64,000 nt of DNA from an uncultured delta proteobacterium (GCA_963827685.1 CAWHBU010000003.1:768001-832000); one strand, 5' to 3'; shown: positions 33,191 through 43,709, numbered from the stretch's first letter. Notes: generated by a model from the letters alone, not told the origin. Numbers and translations: made by a program.

Positions 33191-33242
33191 CATCTGCCAT
33201 TCCGCCCGAAGATCGCATCGCAAGATGGATGTCCAGTTCGTC

Positions 33243-36224
33243 TCATCCTGATGGGTTCTCATCCGAATCGTGCAGACACAGCCCCCTGACGATGGTGCGA
33301 TGCTGTCTCGTCTCGATTACAGCCCCACCATCTGAATCGTATAACGCACGAATCGGGTCACGTGTCCTAATCTCTCCAATCTTGGAACCAGAGGGAGTAA
33401 ACCATTAGAAGCATTTGTTATCAAGGAGGCCAAAACCACTCGCAGTCACCAGCAACCGGCCCTGACGGAATACATCTAATAGAGCGACGAGGCGGTCAGG
33501 CCGCTCCAAGACGTACAACCGAGTTGGAGTGAGAAAATAGAGATAATCACCTACGTCCACGATCTCATCCGGTATGGTGCCGAGATCGTAGGCGCGCATA
33601 GGGACGCCTGCACTATCAACTTCGATCACCTTGCCAGAGTAAGTAGCCAGAAATGCTCCAGCACTGTGCGCCAAAAAAGAAGCACCGTACACCCAGTCTT
33701 GGGCTGGGCCGTTTGGCCCCCAGATTTCAAGCCGGATAGGACCAGCTTCGATAACCTGATCCGGCGCCTTGCGGCGGAAATAGGTCACTTCTGCCTCCTC
33801 GACATTGATATCAATCATCGCAGGGTCTACGCCCGTTAGTATTTCGAATGCCTTATTGATCTCCTGCATGCGCCTATGTGCACTGGGGTCGCCGGGATTA
33901 AGATCCGGATGATGCCGGAGCGCTATCATCCGAAATCTCTTCTTAATCTCTTGCGGAGTTACTGGTAGTGCAAGACCGAGCCTGCGTAACGCGGCCTCGA
34001 CTTCCATCCCAGGGCCAGTTCGCTCACTTCGTCCGACTGCACGCACCCAACCCTCATTGAGCGGCATCCGTACGCCCCAGGCCGATTCTCCCTCCATTGA
34101 ACAGCACCAAGCCTCGTCGGCAAGTGTGAACAAATGGAACTTGCCATCCGCGCTCACGTCAACGGCGCGGACTTGGCTTCGAAACTCGCCCCAATAGTTC
34201 GTATCAGTGGTTCTAAAATGTTCCTTGATACGCCTATCGCTTTGCAAATCCCGTTCGGCCACTAAGCCAAGAGAACTGTTGTATATGTGAAGCCTTCCAG
34301 CGCTATCCATTATAGCGCAAAACGCGCTCAACGGGCCCCAACCGACCCTGTAAAAATCATGGTTTGTGGCTCGCTCCGCCACGAGCTTTCCAACACGATC
34401 AAATTTCCGTAGCGCTCCAGGTCCACCGGCAGCCAGTTTACTCCTTCCGCCCCCCTCGCCGTAAAGCGTGCCGTCCACAGTGAACGCCATGAGATGCAAA
34501 GCAGTGTCCGGCCTCTCGTCTTTCGATAGCGCCTTGACTTCACCCAAGCTCCAATTGGAGGCGTCTGCCAATACGAACAATGGTTCACTGTCGGCGGGAA
34601 GAACTTGTGCTGGCAAAAAACTATGCTTAATGCCTGCCTTGTCGAGTTCAGAAAGGATTTTGTTATAGCGTCGCTTGTCCGCGTCCGTGCAATGTGCTGG
34701 TACGTTTTCAATCATCTCCTGTGCCCACCGCGCGGCGGGTTCGATCTGACCGGCTTTCAAACGTTTTTGAATAGTGTCCCGGTAAGCTTTTGCAACAATC
34801 TCACCAGCTTGGCCGGAAAGCTGTTCCGGCTTCAGTTCTGCAGCTATTGAGTTTCGCATAAATAATGGAACGCTACTCTCTAGTCCATGGGAGATCAGAA
34901 GCATAGATGCATGACCGGAGGAGTTTCTGTGATTGCCTGAGTCTTCGTCTCGAGTTTCGAAGCATTTTCTTAAGATCATTTAGACTTTCCGGTACACTGT
35001 TGGACAAGGCACGGTCAGTCTGGTTCCAAACATACTCAGCCGGATTAAGCTCGGGAGCATAGGCCGGAAAGTATTCCATATGAATTCTAGGGTGCCGAAG
35101 AAGAAACTGTTTAACTTCCTTTCGCCGATGGATGGTGGCTCGATCCCACAACAGGAACATGGGTCCCCTGATATGTTGGAGCAGTTCTTTAAGAAAAGAC
35201 CGAACATCCAGACCGGTGAGGTTCCATGCCCGAAATCGGAGATAAAGGGCCAACCGCTTTCGTTTCGGGGAGACCGACAAAGCACTGATAGAGGAAATCC
35301 TATCCTGTTTGTACAGGTGGTAGAAGACAGGGGTTTTCCCTTTTGGAGCCCAGGTGCGGCGAATGTTTGGAATGAGTAAGAAGCCAGACTCATCAAGAAA
35401 GACCAGCTGGGCCCCAAGTCTTTTGGCGTTTTTTTATATGCGGCCACCGGTGAACCTTCCAATGTACGATCTCTTTGTCGTCCCTTTGTAACGCCCGACG
35501 CTCTGGTTTCTGACAACTCCATCCCATGCCCTGAAGCAACCGCCACACATGATTGGGGTGATACCGGATACGAAAGTGTTTCAGAATGGTTTGAGCGATC
35601 CGCTTCAATGTCCACAGATCGGTCCGATATCCTGCGGCCAGAGGACCCGCCAAAAGCAGTTCCGCTAACTTCTCTTTCTCGATTCGAGACAGCTTCGGAG
35701 GACGTCCTGGAATGGCCTTCGAGCGAAGGGCCTCCGATCCGCCTTCTTGGTACTGTTGAAACCATCGGAAGACTGAGCTTTTTGATGCCCCCACCGAACG
35801 CGCTATGGCCGAAAGACTGGCCTTGCCTTCTTTCAACAACGAAATGGCGCCTCGACGGCGCTTCTCCAGTTCCTCTTGGGATCCATGGGGTCTCATGCCC
35901 CATATTATAGCAGAAAAAGTTAAAACGTTCCATTATTTATGCGAAAGTCAATAGCTTGGTCACTTTCGTATACTTCCGCTGCCATCCGGCTTGGAATATG
36001 TCCTTTAGGAGGGGATCTATGAATTCGCGGTGGAACTCATCTCGTCCATCGACTTCCCACGTACGGGGTGCTGGAGGTAGCGGAACATATTCAACAGAAT
36101 TTAGGTCAACGTCTCTCGGAGCATCCTTACGCGCATGGCCCTTGCAGTCATTAACACTGCGGGTTACTGCGTTTTCTGCGCAGCTCTCGTCGTGTTTGCC
36201 GAATAAGCGGGACAGGATGCTCAA
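33243..36224 (-). pseudogene. Beta-propeller-like protein with internal J-domain, broken by IS630 and an in-frame TAA
   Basis: KVTKL|AAELKP rejoins in frame on IS removal; LRHHPDLNPGD HPD motif; frame stays open past TAA 33405-33407 to TGA 33243. Confidence 0.8.
34847..35951 (-). mobile_element. IS630-family element 1
   Basis: TIRs TTGA[G/C]TTTCGCATAAATAATGGAACG, TA duplication in AGCTAGCT, HTH ORF 35393-35896, A7 slippery site 35429-35435, DDE part WDRATIH / YAPELNPAE. Confidence 0.95.
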
Positions 36225-36397
36225 AGGTCCTACCTCTTCGTTATGCCCCTATGCTTAAGCATCGGGCCATCAGCTTACATTCATTTTCAAGACACATAAC
36301 GTTCGGCGATGAGTGAAGCGCACCGCCCTCGCGGGAATTTGCCTTGCTTCATCGGTTGCCTCTCCGACGCAGTCTCCGTCGAGCGCTGCAGAACCAA

Positions 36398-37378
36398 TCA
36401 ATTGAACTGGTAACGACTCCCCAACACCGCTCGGTTCACCAATAAAGTTCCCTGCAACGCTTGCTCCAGCAACAACGAATATGATCGGGCACCACCCACC
36501 AATTTGACCTGACGTCTGAACTCCGGCGTGGCTTGCCATTCCTCTAGAATGCCACGATCGTCAAAAATCAGCTCCTTAAACGTGCTGCTGATCGCACGGC
36601 GACGGTACTCCCTGAGCTTCGCCTTGGGAATCCCGGACTTGACGATCCAACACCCCTCGGGCCGACGCGTGTCTAGCCGGATCTCTGCAAGAAGTCGCGG
36701 CGAAAGCGGAACCATCACGCTTGTCGGTCTGATGAGCACAGGCGTGTCGGGAAGCGGAAAGGCGTGGTCCGCAGTACGATATACGAGCCATTGCGAGGTA
36801 GCCAGTGGTTCAACAAACATGAAGAGGGCGTCTGGGTGCCCCATCGTTTGTTTGAAGAGCCAGAAGTACTCAAACGCCTCCATGCCCACCGCGCTGGTAC
36901 GCTCAAGAGCGGACCGAAGGAGTGCGTGACTCCGTAAGTACTGGAACGTAACAAATGCGGAGAGGTGCGCGATCTGCTCTCGGTTTTCGATGTTCTCCTT
37001 GGTCGCCACGGCGAGTAGGGTCTGATAGGCTGGACTCTTCTCAAGCGAGTCGAGTACTTGCTCGAAAGGCATCATAAGCGTCTCAGGGTGGCCCTCCATG
37101 TCTTTCACGAAGGTGTCGTACTTTTCAGGAAAGAACCTCTTACAGAACCGCCTCATGGCATCGGGTGTTATCTTGCCGACTCCAATTCCCTTGTCGAAAT
37201 GCACGTCCTCAACGGATGTTTCGAGTATCTTGTCGGCTCGGACATTCAAGGAAAAGACCGTCTGCTCCCTTGCCCGGAGGCTGATGGGGCTACCCGAAAT
37301 CGCATTAGCGAGATAGCTGCGATTCCAAAGCGCAGACCAGAAACATGGGTTCGAGTGATTTCTATTCGTGAGGTTCAT
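36398..37378 (-). CDS. Hypothetical protein, DUF4238-like (gene cassette)
   Basis: Long ORF; NHSNPCFW N-terminus and FPLPDTPV...VPLSPRL resemble DUF4238; start approximate. Confidence 0.6.
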   Translation of the reverse strand: MNLTNRNHSNPCFWSALWNRSYLANAISGSPISLRAREQTVFSLNVRADKILETSVEDVHFDKGIGVGKITPDAMRRFCKRFFPEKYDTFVKDMEGHPETLMMPFEQVLDSLEKSPAYQTLLAVATKENIENREQIAHLSAFVTFQYLRSHALLRSALERTSAVGMEAFEYFWLFKQTMGHPDALFMFVEPLATSQWLVYRTADHAFPLPDTPVLIRPTSVMVPLSPRLLAEIRLDTRRPEGCWIVKSGIPKAKLREYRRRAISSTFKELIFDDRGILEEWQATPEFRRQVKLVGGARSYSLLLEQALQGTLLVNRAVLGSRYQFN

Positions 37379-37402
37379 GCGTCCAACATCCACGTCACGC
37401 GG

Positions 37403-37425
37403 GCCGAACTTATTTTTTACCCTTC
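37403..37425 (-). other. attI-like site heading the cassette array
   Basis: GGGTAAAAAATAA-GTTCGGC in AT-rich context, similar to attI1 CCCTAAAACAAA-GTTRRRY. Confidence 0.5.
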
Positions 37426-37465
37426 TTCTATATATGCTTCACATTATAGTTAATAGAGGGGGGCT

Positions 37466-37579
37466 GTCAACCCTTCGACTCCCCGGCCTGAAAGCCCGGG
37501 CTTGCTCAGGGTTGACCCTGAAGGGCGCTTCTTTACCCCGCCTCAAAAGGCGTGGCTAGGCGCCGTCGAATGGGTCAAC
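37466..37579. repeat. GTCAACCCTTC...GGGTTGACC...GGGTCAAC palindromic element
   Basis: Longer related copy at 40819-41014. Confidence 0.75.
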
Positions 37580-37715
37580 GATTAATTGCTGATTTGACAA
37601 TGGAAACCGTCTTAGTCATCGGTGTAATAGTACAAAATTTATTATTATACAGGATTGATATAATATTCGCGGTTGTTATGGAATAGGTCGATGGGATATC
37701 TCGAGAGTCCGGAAC

Positions 37716-38825
37716 TCACGAGTTTAAGATTGTTCTCCGGCCATTATAACGGTCTGTATCATATTGGGTTTGGACATCGACCAAGTTCAATTTGCCAATG
37801 GCTTCTCTTAATGGAACGGCAGCGATCCGTCCGTTCCGATAGCTTACCATTTTCCCGAAATCTTCCTTCACGATTAGGTCCACGGCTGCAATGCCAAAAT
37901 ACCTTGCCATTCTTCGGTCATAGGCACAGGGGACGCCTCCCCGCTGCAAATGACTCAAGGTGATACTCCGCGTCTCGATCTTTGTTGAACCCGAAATCTC
38001 TCGTGCTAAAAATTCTCCCACTCCTCCCAATGTCTTATGACCAAAACTATCCATACCCTCTTCTTTGGTAATCGGACCATATCCAGAAGGCTTCGCTCCT
38101 TCGGCAGTCACAATAATATCGTATCGGAGTCCTTTTCTTCTTCCTTCCGAAACTAATTGGTTGACCTTTTCAATCTCAAAATCGTATTCTGGAATCAGAA
38201 TGATATAGGCCCCGCTCGATTCCCCTCCTTCCAGAGCTAACCAACCCGCATGCCTTCCCATCGTCTCCACGATAAAGATCCTTCGGTGAGAGCCTGCAGT
38301 CGTTCGCAGGCGATCAATCTCTTCTGTAATCACATTCACGGCGGTTTCAAATCCCAATGTGTAATCCGTTCCCGAGAGATCTTTATCGATGGTCTTAGGA
38401 ATACCTGCCACCTTCACGCCATCCAGAGAAAGCTTGTGAGCCACTCCGAGGGTATCTTCTCCGCCGATTGCCACTAAATAATCAAAATGATATTTATGTA
38501 TATTTTCGAGGACGATCTTGGATCGATTGTTCTTGGAATCATAGGGATTGGTTCGTGAAGTTCCGAGCATGGTCCCTCCATATCGATCCCAGGTTCTCAC
38601 CATCTCCTCTGTCAAGGTGTAAATCCTTGGAGTCGGATCATCGTCGTCGCCGTTTGGCGAAACAAGGCCTTTCCAACCATCCCGAATTCCAACGACCTCA
38701 TATTCGATCTTCCTGGTCTTCTGAAGCCGGTCATCCAATGCCGTTTTCACGACCCACTTGATCGCTGAATTGAGTCCAGCACAATCCCCGCCCCCCGTCA
38801 GAACTCCAATTCTTTTCTTTTCCAT
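37716..38825 (-). CDS. pfkA: 6-phosphofructokinase
   Basis: LTGGGDCAGLN, GGTMLGTSR, GGEDT, PKTIDKD, ETMGRHAG, HLQRGG. Confidence 0.95.
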   Translation of the reverse strand: MEKKRIGVLTGGGDCAGLNSAIKWVVKTALDDRLQKTRKIEYEVVGIRDGWKGLVSPNGDDDDPTPRIYTLTEEMVRTWDRYGGTMLGTSRTNPYDSKNNRSKIVLENIHKYHFDYLVAIGGEDTLGVAHKLSLDGVKVAGIPKTIDKDLSGTDYTLGFETAVNVITEEIDRLRTTAGSHRRIFIVETMGRHAGWLALEGGESSGAYIILIPEYDFEIEKVNQLVSEGRRKGLRYDIIVTAEGAKPSGYGPITKEEGMDSFGHKTLGGVGEFLAREISGSTKIETRSITLSHLQRGGVPCAYDRRMARYFGIAAVDLIVKEDFGKMVSYRNGRIAAVPLREAIGKLNLVDVQTQYDTDRYNGRRTILNS

Positions 38826-38859
38826 ATCTCCTCCAAAATCATTCTTAAAAAACACGAGT

Positions 38860-39089
38860 CACGCTTGCGCGCCCTGCCTTCGCCGAAGCGGCTTCGCGCA
38901 GACAGGCGTAACGCAGGCACTTCGGCGTGCAAGCACGGACACGTTATTTACCAAGGAGTCCATAATTGAAAAGACATATTGTTGTGAAAATCTCCCCTAA
39001 CCCCTCTTTTTCAAAGAGGGGAAATTCCTCCCTTTTGTAAAGGGAGGGTAGGAGGGATTTAGTCTTCAACGTCCATACAATTATGGACT
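38860..39089. repeat. CACG element next to a TIR MITE holding a CCCCTCT/AGAGGGG palindrome
   Basis: CACG unit 38860-38937; TIRs AGTCCATAATTG / CAATTATGGACT 38957-39089; inner unit matches 63389-63462. Confidence 0.75.
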
Positions 39090-39105
39090 GATTAGTAATT
39101 ATTTA

Positions 39106-40210
39106 ATACAAACGCATTAAGTAATGTTACATAGCCTACGAATCTTTTGACAAGACCATGAGCGAGTTGTTTTACAAACGACAGACCAAAGATTATCAAG
39201 GTTTTCAAACCAACGGTTGGTGGTGGATTCATAGCGAACACTGCGCCAAATCCGTTCTTGCACGTTTAATCCCGGTTGATACGGGGGTAAATATTCGATA
39301 TGGAGCCTCGGATGTTTTTTAAGAAATTGTTCGATGGGATCGCCTCTGTGCCAGCGGGCCCTGTCGACATAAAGCCAAATGGTATATCCTTTAAGCCTTC
39401 CATAGAGGTGGCGCAAAAGTTTGAGAAACCCTTCTCTATCCCCCCGTTTTGTCTGAATCATGCCATAGCGTCCAAGCAAAGGATTGACCCACCCAGAGAT
39501 ATTCAAACGGATACGATGCTGGCTGGTCGTGGGAATCTTAAGACGCTTTCCTTTTTTCGCCCAGCCCCGGCTAAGCCTGGGGTGCATCGTAAAGCCTGTC
39601 TCATCCTGGAATACAATTGTCTCTTTTGGCCCCAGGGACTCAAGTTTTTTTTAAAGCCCGCTGGAACTTTCGGGCTTCTTGGCTTTGTGCTTGAAGATAA
39701 GAATAACTCGCTCTCTTTAACCGATAACCCAAATGATGCATCCAGCGTTGGGCTTGCCGCACCTTCAGGTTTATCCCGAAAGACCGTTTCAGATGAATCG
39801 CAACCGTTGGCCCATCCCATTGAGTCCGGTTTAAACCAAATTCCCGCGGAGACTTCTCTAAGTGTCCCTCCAGCACCCTTTGAATCTTTGTCTCTAACCG
39901 TGGAGGCCTTCCCGATCTTGGCTTGGATTTTAAGAACTCTAAGCCGTCTTTGTTCACCCCGTGAATCCATCGGCTTAAACTCATCCGGGTCAACCCTAAC
40001 ACCTCGGTTATCCATCCCGGACGTTGCCCTTCAAGCACCAGGAGTAAGGCGGCTATCTTTATGCCTATCCAAGCCCCTGATATTTGTTCGGCTAATGCTA
40101 ATAAACGCTCTTTATTGGCCTCTTTATGCTCTAAGATTAATGTGGGATTTTTCATGCCCACATATTAACATAAATAAACTGTTATGTCACTTTATTTAGG
40201 ACGTTTGTAT
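39106..40210 (-). mobile_element. IS630-family element 2
   Basis: IRs ATACAAACG..TAA.TAA.GT.ACATA, TA duplication, HTH ORF 39640-40161, A8 slippery site 39645-39652, DDE part VDRARWH / YQPGLNVQE. Confidence 0.94.
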
Positions 40211-40681
40211 TAGTTTTCTGCAGAAAGTAATCCGATCATTGCCGAGGTAATAATAATCCGGGATTCTTGCCACCTCCTGAAATCCATTCTTCAGATAAAA
40301 CTTCCGAGTCTTTTCATACTGAGGTATGGTAGAGGTATCTGCAAGAATCATCCGCCCTCCCTTTGCTTTCACAACCTCCTCTAAGAAACTCAAGAGTTTT
40401 GAACCTATCCCCTTTTCCTGGAAATCAGGGTCCACAGCAATCCAGTAGAGGTCGAAGGTTCCCTGGGTCATGGGGGTGAAGCCATAACAGATATAACCGA
40501 TGGCCTGATCCTGATCATCCACCATGCAATCAATCTGATAATCCTTTTGCTTCTCATCCTCCAGTACGATATTGATCAATTCCATCGCCACATCGATTTC
40601 CGCAGAAGTGAAGGCCCACGTCTTGATCAACATCGAAAGCAGCTTTGCCCTATCTTTCTCTAACAATGGACGAATTTTCAT
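40196..40681 (-). CDS. GNAT acetyltransferase (last codons supplied by the IS)
   Basis: YWIAVDPDFQEKGIG, FYLKNGF. Confidence 0.9.
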   Translation of the reverse strand: MKIRPLLEKDRAKLLSMLIKTWAFTSAEIDVAMELINIVLEDEKQKDYQIDCMVDDQDQAIGYICYGFTPMTQGTFDLYWIAVDPDFQEKGIGSKLLSFLEEVVKAKGGRMILADTSTIPQYEKTRKFYLKNGFQEVARIPDYYYLGNDRITFCRKLIQTS

Positions 40682-40818
40682 TGTACTGCCCTTGGGAAAC
40701 CTTTAACTTCTCTTGGAGAATTTTAAAAATTTTCGAGGTAACCCCTTCTTCGGAATTTATTCCATGTTCGTTGAATCATTTCCCCTTAAACAAAAGATAA
40801 AGAAAAAAAAGGAGTGTG

Positions 40819-41014
40819 TCAACCCTTCAGTTCTCCTACTGAAGGTTGGGGATTGCCCTCGGCCTGAGCTCGGGCCGTGGCTCAGCCTGCCTGCCGGTAG
40901 GCAGGGGTTGACCTGCACTTCAATAGACTCAGTGTCCTGAGCCTGCCGAAGGAAGCGGCGTTTTCTTCCCCGTCCTAAATAAGGATGAGGGCTTAGCGCG
41001 GTCGAGCGGGTCAA
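40819..41014. repeat. GTCAAC-bounded palindromic element with nested CCTGCC unit
   Basis: Related to 37466-37579. Confidence 0.7.
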
Positions 41015-41183
41015 CTGGATATTTCTGATGAAAGAAGATTTATGGAGAAGTTAAAAACTTGAACGGTATGCTCGGATGATGTTGGGGATATTTCGCGACT
41101 CTTGATCGACCTGTCGATGTGCATTTTTTCATCAAAGGAAGGCGTGAAGATCCCTGAATGGATGCGAGGAGAGCTTAAGGGCA

Positions 41184-41474
41184 TCAGAAGGTAGTCCCTG
41201 CCCTTGCTCCTTGACGCTCTATTTTTGATTCAGATCCCTCGAAGTCAAAACCCACAGGAGGTTTAGGCCGGGAAATTTCCCCTGTGATTCTATCAATGGA
41301 TATCCGTATGAAAAGGATGTGATCAATATCTACGTTGTCGCCCCAAAATTTCTTCCCCAACCCGATGATAGATTTCGGAGTAACTCGACTTAGGTCTTTT
41401 CTTCTTTCTGGCAATACGCCAATCAATTCATACCCTCTCATGTCATTGTGCCAGTAGTATTCATAAGCTACCAT
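41184..41474 (-). CDS. Small hypothetical protein (LIGVLPERRK motif)
   Basis: GGAGG SD before MVAYEYYW; sigma54 site upstream. Confidence 0.7.
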   Translation of the reverse strand: MVAYEYYWHNDMRGYELIGVLPERRKDLSRVTPKSIIGLGKKFWGDNVDIDHILFIRISIDRITGEISRPKPPVGFDFEGSESKIERQGARAGTTF

Positions 41475-41513
41475 TCTGTAATCCTCCACTCAGTTTTTCA
41501 ACTACTTAAAACC

Positions 41514-41529
41514 AGCAATTTCAATGCCA
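41514..41529 (-). promoter_or_regulatory. sigma54 promoter
   Basis: TGGCAT-N5-TTGCT. Confidence 0.75.
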
Positions 41530-41923
41530 CGCCTCGACGGTGATAATAAGTTATTAAAGTTAAACCGTTTTCCTAAAACATAGAGACTTTCTTCAAGAGC
41601 AAAAGTGGAAGCAATTTTCACAATAGTCCTGAATTGTTGCCATTAAAATATAAAAAGTTTTCCAAAACCTCTTTGATTTCTAAATCATTTTTTCTGCGGT
41701 GGAATTCACTCAAGAAATGTCTCTCACCCGTCCCCTCGTCGCCTGCCTGCCCCGCTCTCGGTCGGGACCGGGGCCAGCAGGCAGGGGAGAGGGAGGGGTG
41801 AAGGGGAGAAATTTCGTAGAGTTATTTTCGAGAAACTAAAAATGTGATATATTCGATGCCAGGAGAAGAAAAAGAATTTTGTCTATCAATTTTTGAGCAC
41901 AAATTGAATATATAAGGGGGGGG

Positions 41924-42193
41924 ATGAAAATATCTTCAAAAGATTCATTTTTTTCAGGGGAGGCAGTGCTTGAAGAAATAAATAATCAAATCGAAAACAA
42001 CGACCCGCCTGAAACCAAACAAACTTACCATAGACTTATGAAAGAAATAAAGAATCATGATGAAGTCATGGAATATATCCGGGTAGTCATGATGTCTGAA
42101 ATATTGGATATATTGAAAAGCAGGAAACCATTTAATAGAAAAAGATATATAGAACGGCTAAATAGACTGCCAGATGTATCATGGGCTGAATAA
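41924..42193 (+). CDS. Small helical hypothetical protein
   Basis: G-rich SD; NQIENNDPPET...RL...FNRKRY..RLNRLP. Confidence 0.7.
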   Translation: MKISSKDSFFSGEAVLEEINNQIENNDPPETKQTYHRLMKEIKNHDEVMEYIRVVMMSEILDILKSRKPFNRKRYIERLNRLPDVSWAE

Positions 42194-42296
42194 ATATCAA
42201 CCGCTTCATCATTCAATCTGATGAACTTTGCCTCTGCTTCGCTTTGAGAAAACCGCTGACCTTCGTTAATAGGCGGGTGATGGGAGAGATATCGAT

Positions 42297-42377
42297 ATGA
42301 ATCAGAAAGCATTTCAGGACGACTACCCAGATGAACTGAACTATTGTTATGGTTGCGGTCGGCTCAACGACCGATGA
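42297..42377 (+). pseudogene. 5' fragment of a thioesterase paralogue
   Basis: MNQKAFQDDYPDELNYCYGCGRLNDR* versus downstream MSEKAVQDCYIDEFSHCFGCGRLNK. Confidence 0.8.
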
Positions 42378-42426
42378 AAATTCCTGTAAGATTCTACTTA
42401 TATTAAAAAAAGCAAGGAGCGCAACG

Positions 42427-42906
42427 ATGTCGGAAAAAGCCGTTCAAGATTGTTATATTGATGAGTTTTCCCATTGTTTTGGCTGCGGCAGACTCAATAA
42501 GGAGGGTATGCAGATTAAGAGTTACTGGAACGGAGAAGAATGCGTCTGTCATTACACGCCGAAGCCCTATTACACCGGCGGCTTTCCCGGATTTTCCTAT
42601 GGCGGGCTCATCAGTTCGTTAATCGACTGCCACGGCGCCGCCACGGCATCGGCGGCAAAGCTTCAGGCCGAGGGCTTCACCCTGCAAGACCGCGCTCCTT
42701 CACGTTTTGTAACGGCTTCTTTAAAAGTCGATTACTTGAAACCGACGCCCGTTGGCAAAGTCCTTGAGTTGAAGGGACGGCCAAAAGAAATCTCTGACCG
42801 GAAAGTCATCGTGGCCATCACATTATCTGCCGAAGGCGAGATCTGTGCGAAAGGCGAGGTCGTGGCAGTAAAGATACCTGAGAATATGATGCCAAAGGGA
42901 CGATGA
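42427..42906 (+). CDS. PaaI-family thioesterase
   Basis: CFGCG, YGGLISSLIDCH, VTASLKVDYLKP; AAGGAG SD. Confidence 0.9.
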   Translation: MSEKAVQDCYIDEFSHCFGCGRLNKEGMQIKSYWNGEECVCHYTPKPYYTGGFPGFSYGGLISSLIDCHGAATASAAKLQAEGFTLQDRAPSRFVTASLKVDYLKPTPVGKVLELKGRPKEISDRKVIVAITLSAEGEICAKGEVVAVKIPENMMPKGR

Positions 42907-43033
42907 ACGATAAACGATGAACGAATAAAGAAATGATGAACATTAAACGATTACAGAGAACGATGAACCTTAAACGATGGACGATGGACCTAAAAGCTTT
43001 TTGTTCATAGTTCATTGTCCATCGTTCATTGTC
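42900..43033. repeat. Inverted heptamer array (CGATGAA)n ... (TTCATTG)n
   Basis: 7-bp periodic units in both orientations between convergent genes. Confidence 0.85.
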
Positions 43034-43041
43034 TGAAATTC

Positions 43042-43116
<75 letters not shown>

Positions 43117-43230
43117 CCACATTATGACAATCTTTACCATTTTTCAGGTTGACCGTCAAATCGAATCCGCTTGCCCTCCCTCAGTTTTTCTCTTTTGTGG
43201 AAAAGAAGATTTCAGAAAGGGCAATTGAAA

Positions 43231-43284
43231 ACAAAAAAACCCTTCTCCAACTGTTCCATAGAAGCCAGATAGGAGAAGGGTTTT
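43231..43284 (-). terminator. Probable intrinsic terminator after the PxxKW gene
   Basis: AAAACCCTTCTCC...GGAGAAGGG followed by T7. Confidence 0.6.
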
Positions 43285-43286
43285 AA

Positions 43287-43394
43287 TTGAAGCTCGCCCA
43301 CAGGGCGGGGCTTCCCGGCATTGTAATATCATTCATATTGTGCCCCTTAACCCCGCTTATCCCGATAGGTCGGGACGGGGCACGTTCCGGTCAA
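43287..43394 (-). mobile_element. IS605-derived PATE-like element, copy 3
   Basis: Closely matches 53634-53742. Confidence 0.75.
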
Positions 43395-43421
43395 ACGATC
43401 ACCAAAGGTTGATGATTTTCA

Positions 43422-43709
43422 TTAAACCTTTTGGCTTACATTTCGCTTCGAGGCCTTCAAAGGGTTCAATTTGAAATTATCTTCTTTAACTTCCTTCTTG
43501 ACGTGGGTGGCAAAGTTGCAGGGCCCTTTTGCCCATTTAACAGAAGGCTCACAATAGGTCTTGCAGTAGGAGCCTACTTCGTAACTTACCACTCGGTCAC
43601 ACCCTTTGCAGGACTCCACGATGGGATAACATCTCCCACCGTTATAGGAACAGCCTGTCTTCTTCATGAAGATACATTCTGCTCCCACTTTGACGGTTTG
43701 ACAAACCAT
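43422..43709 (-). CDS. PxxKW-family cysteine-rich protein
   Basis: Multiple Cys, EPSVKW, CNFATH, NPLKASKR; GGGAGG SD. Confidence 0.88.
   Translation of the reverse strand: MVCQTVKVGAECIFMKKTGCSYNGGRCYPIVESCKGCDRVVSYEVGSYCKTYCEPSVKWAKGPCNFATHVKKEVKEDNFKLNPLKASKRNVSQKV

Noticed and set aside
33405-33407. Programmed readthrough or recoding
   Set aside because: The stop is TAA in a gene already broken by an IS; a nonsense mutation is simpler
39300-40199. 299-aa plus-strand ORF
   Set aside because: Antisense shadow of the IS630 transposase
34847-40210. Composite transposon formed by the two IS630 elements (both 1105 bp by my count)
   Set aside because: Different IRs and proteins, each with its own TA duplication
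41060-41194. Short coding-like plus-strand stretch
   Set aside because: No clear start or recognisable motif
42900-43033. CRISPR-like array
   Set aside because: 7-bp degenerate units without unique spacers; no cas genes in the window
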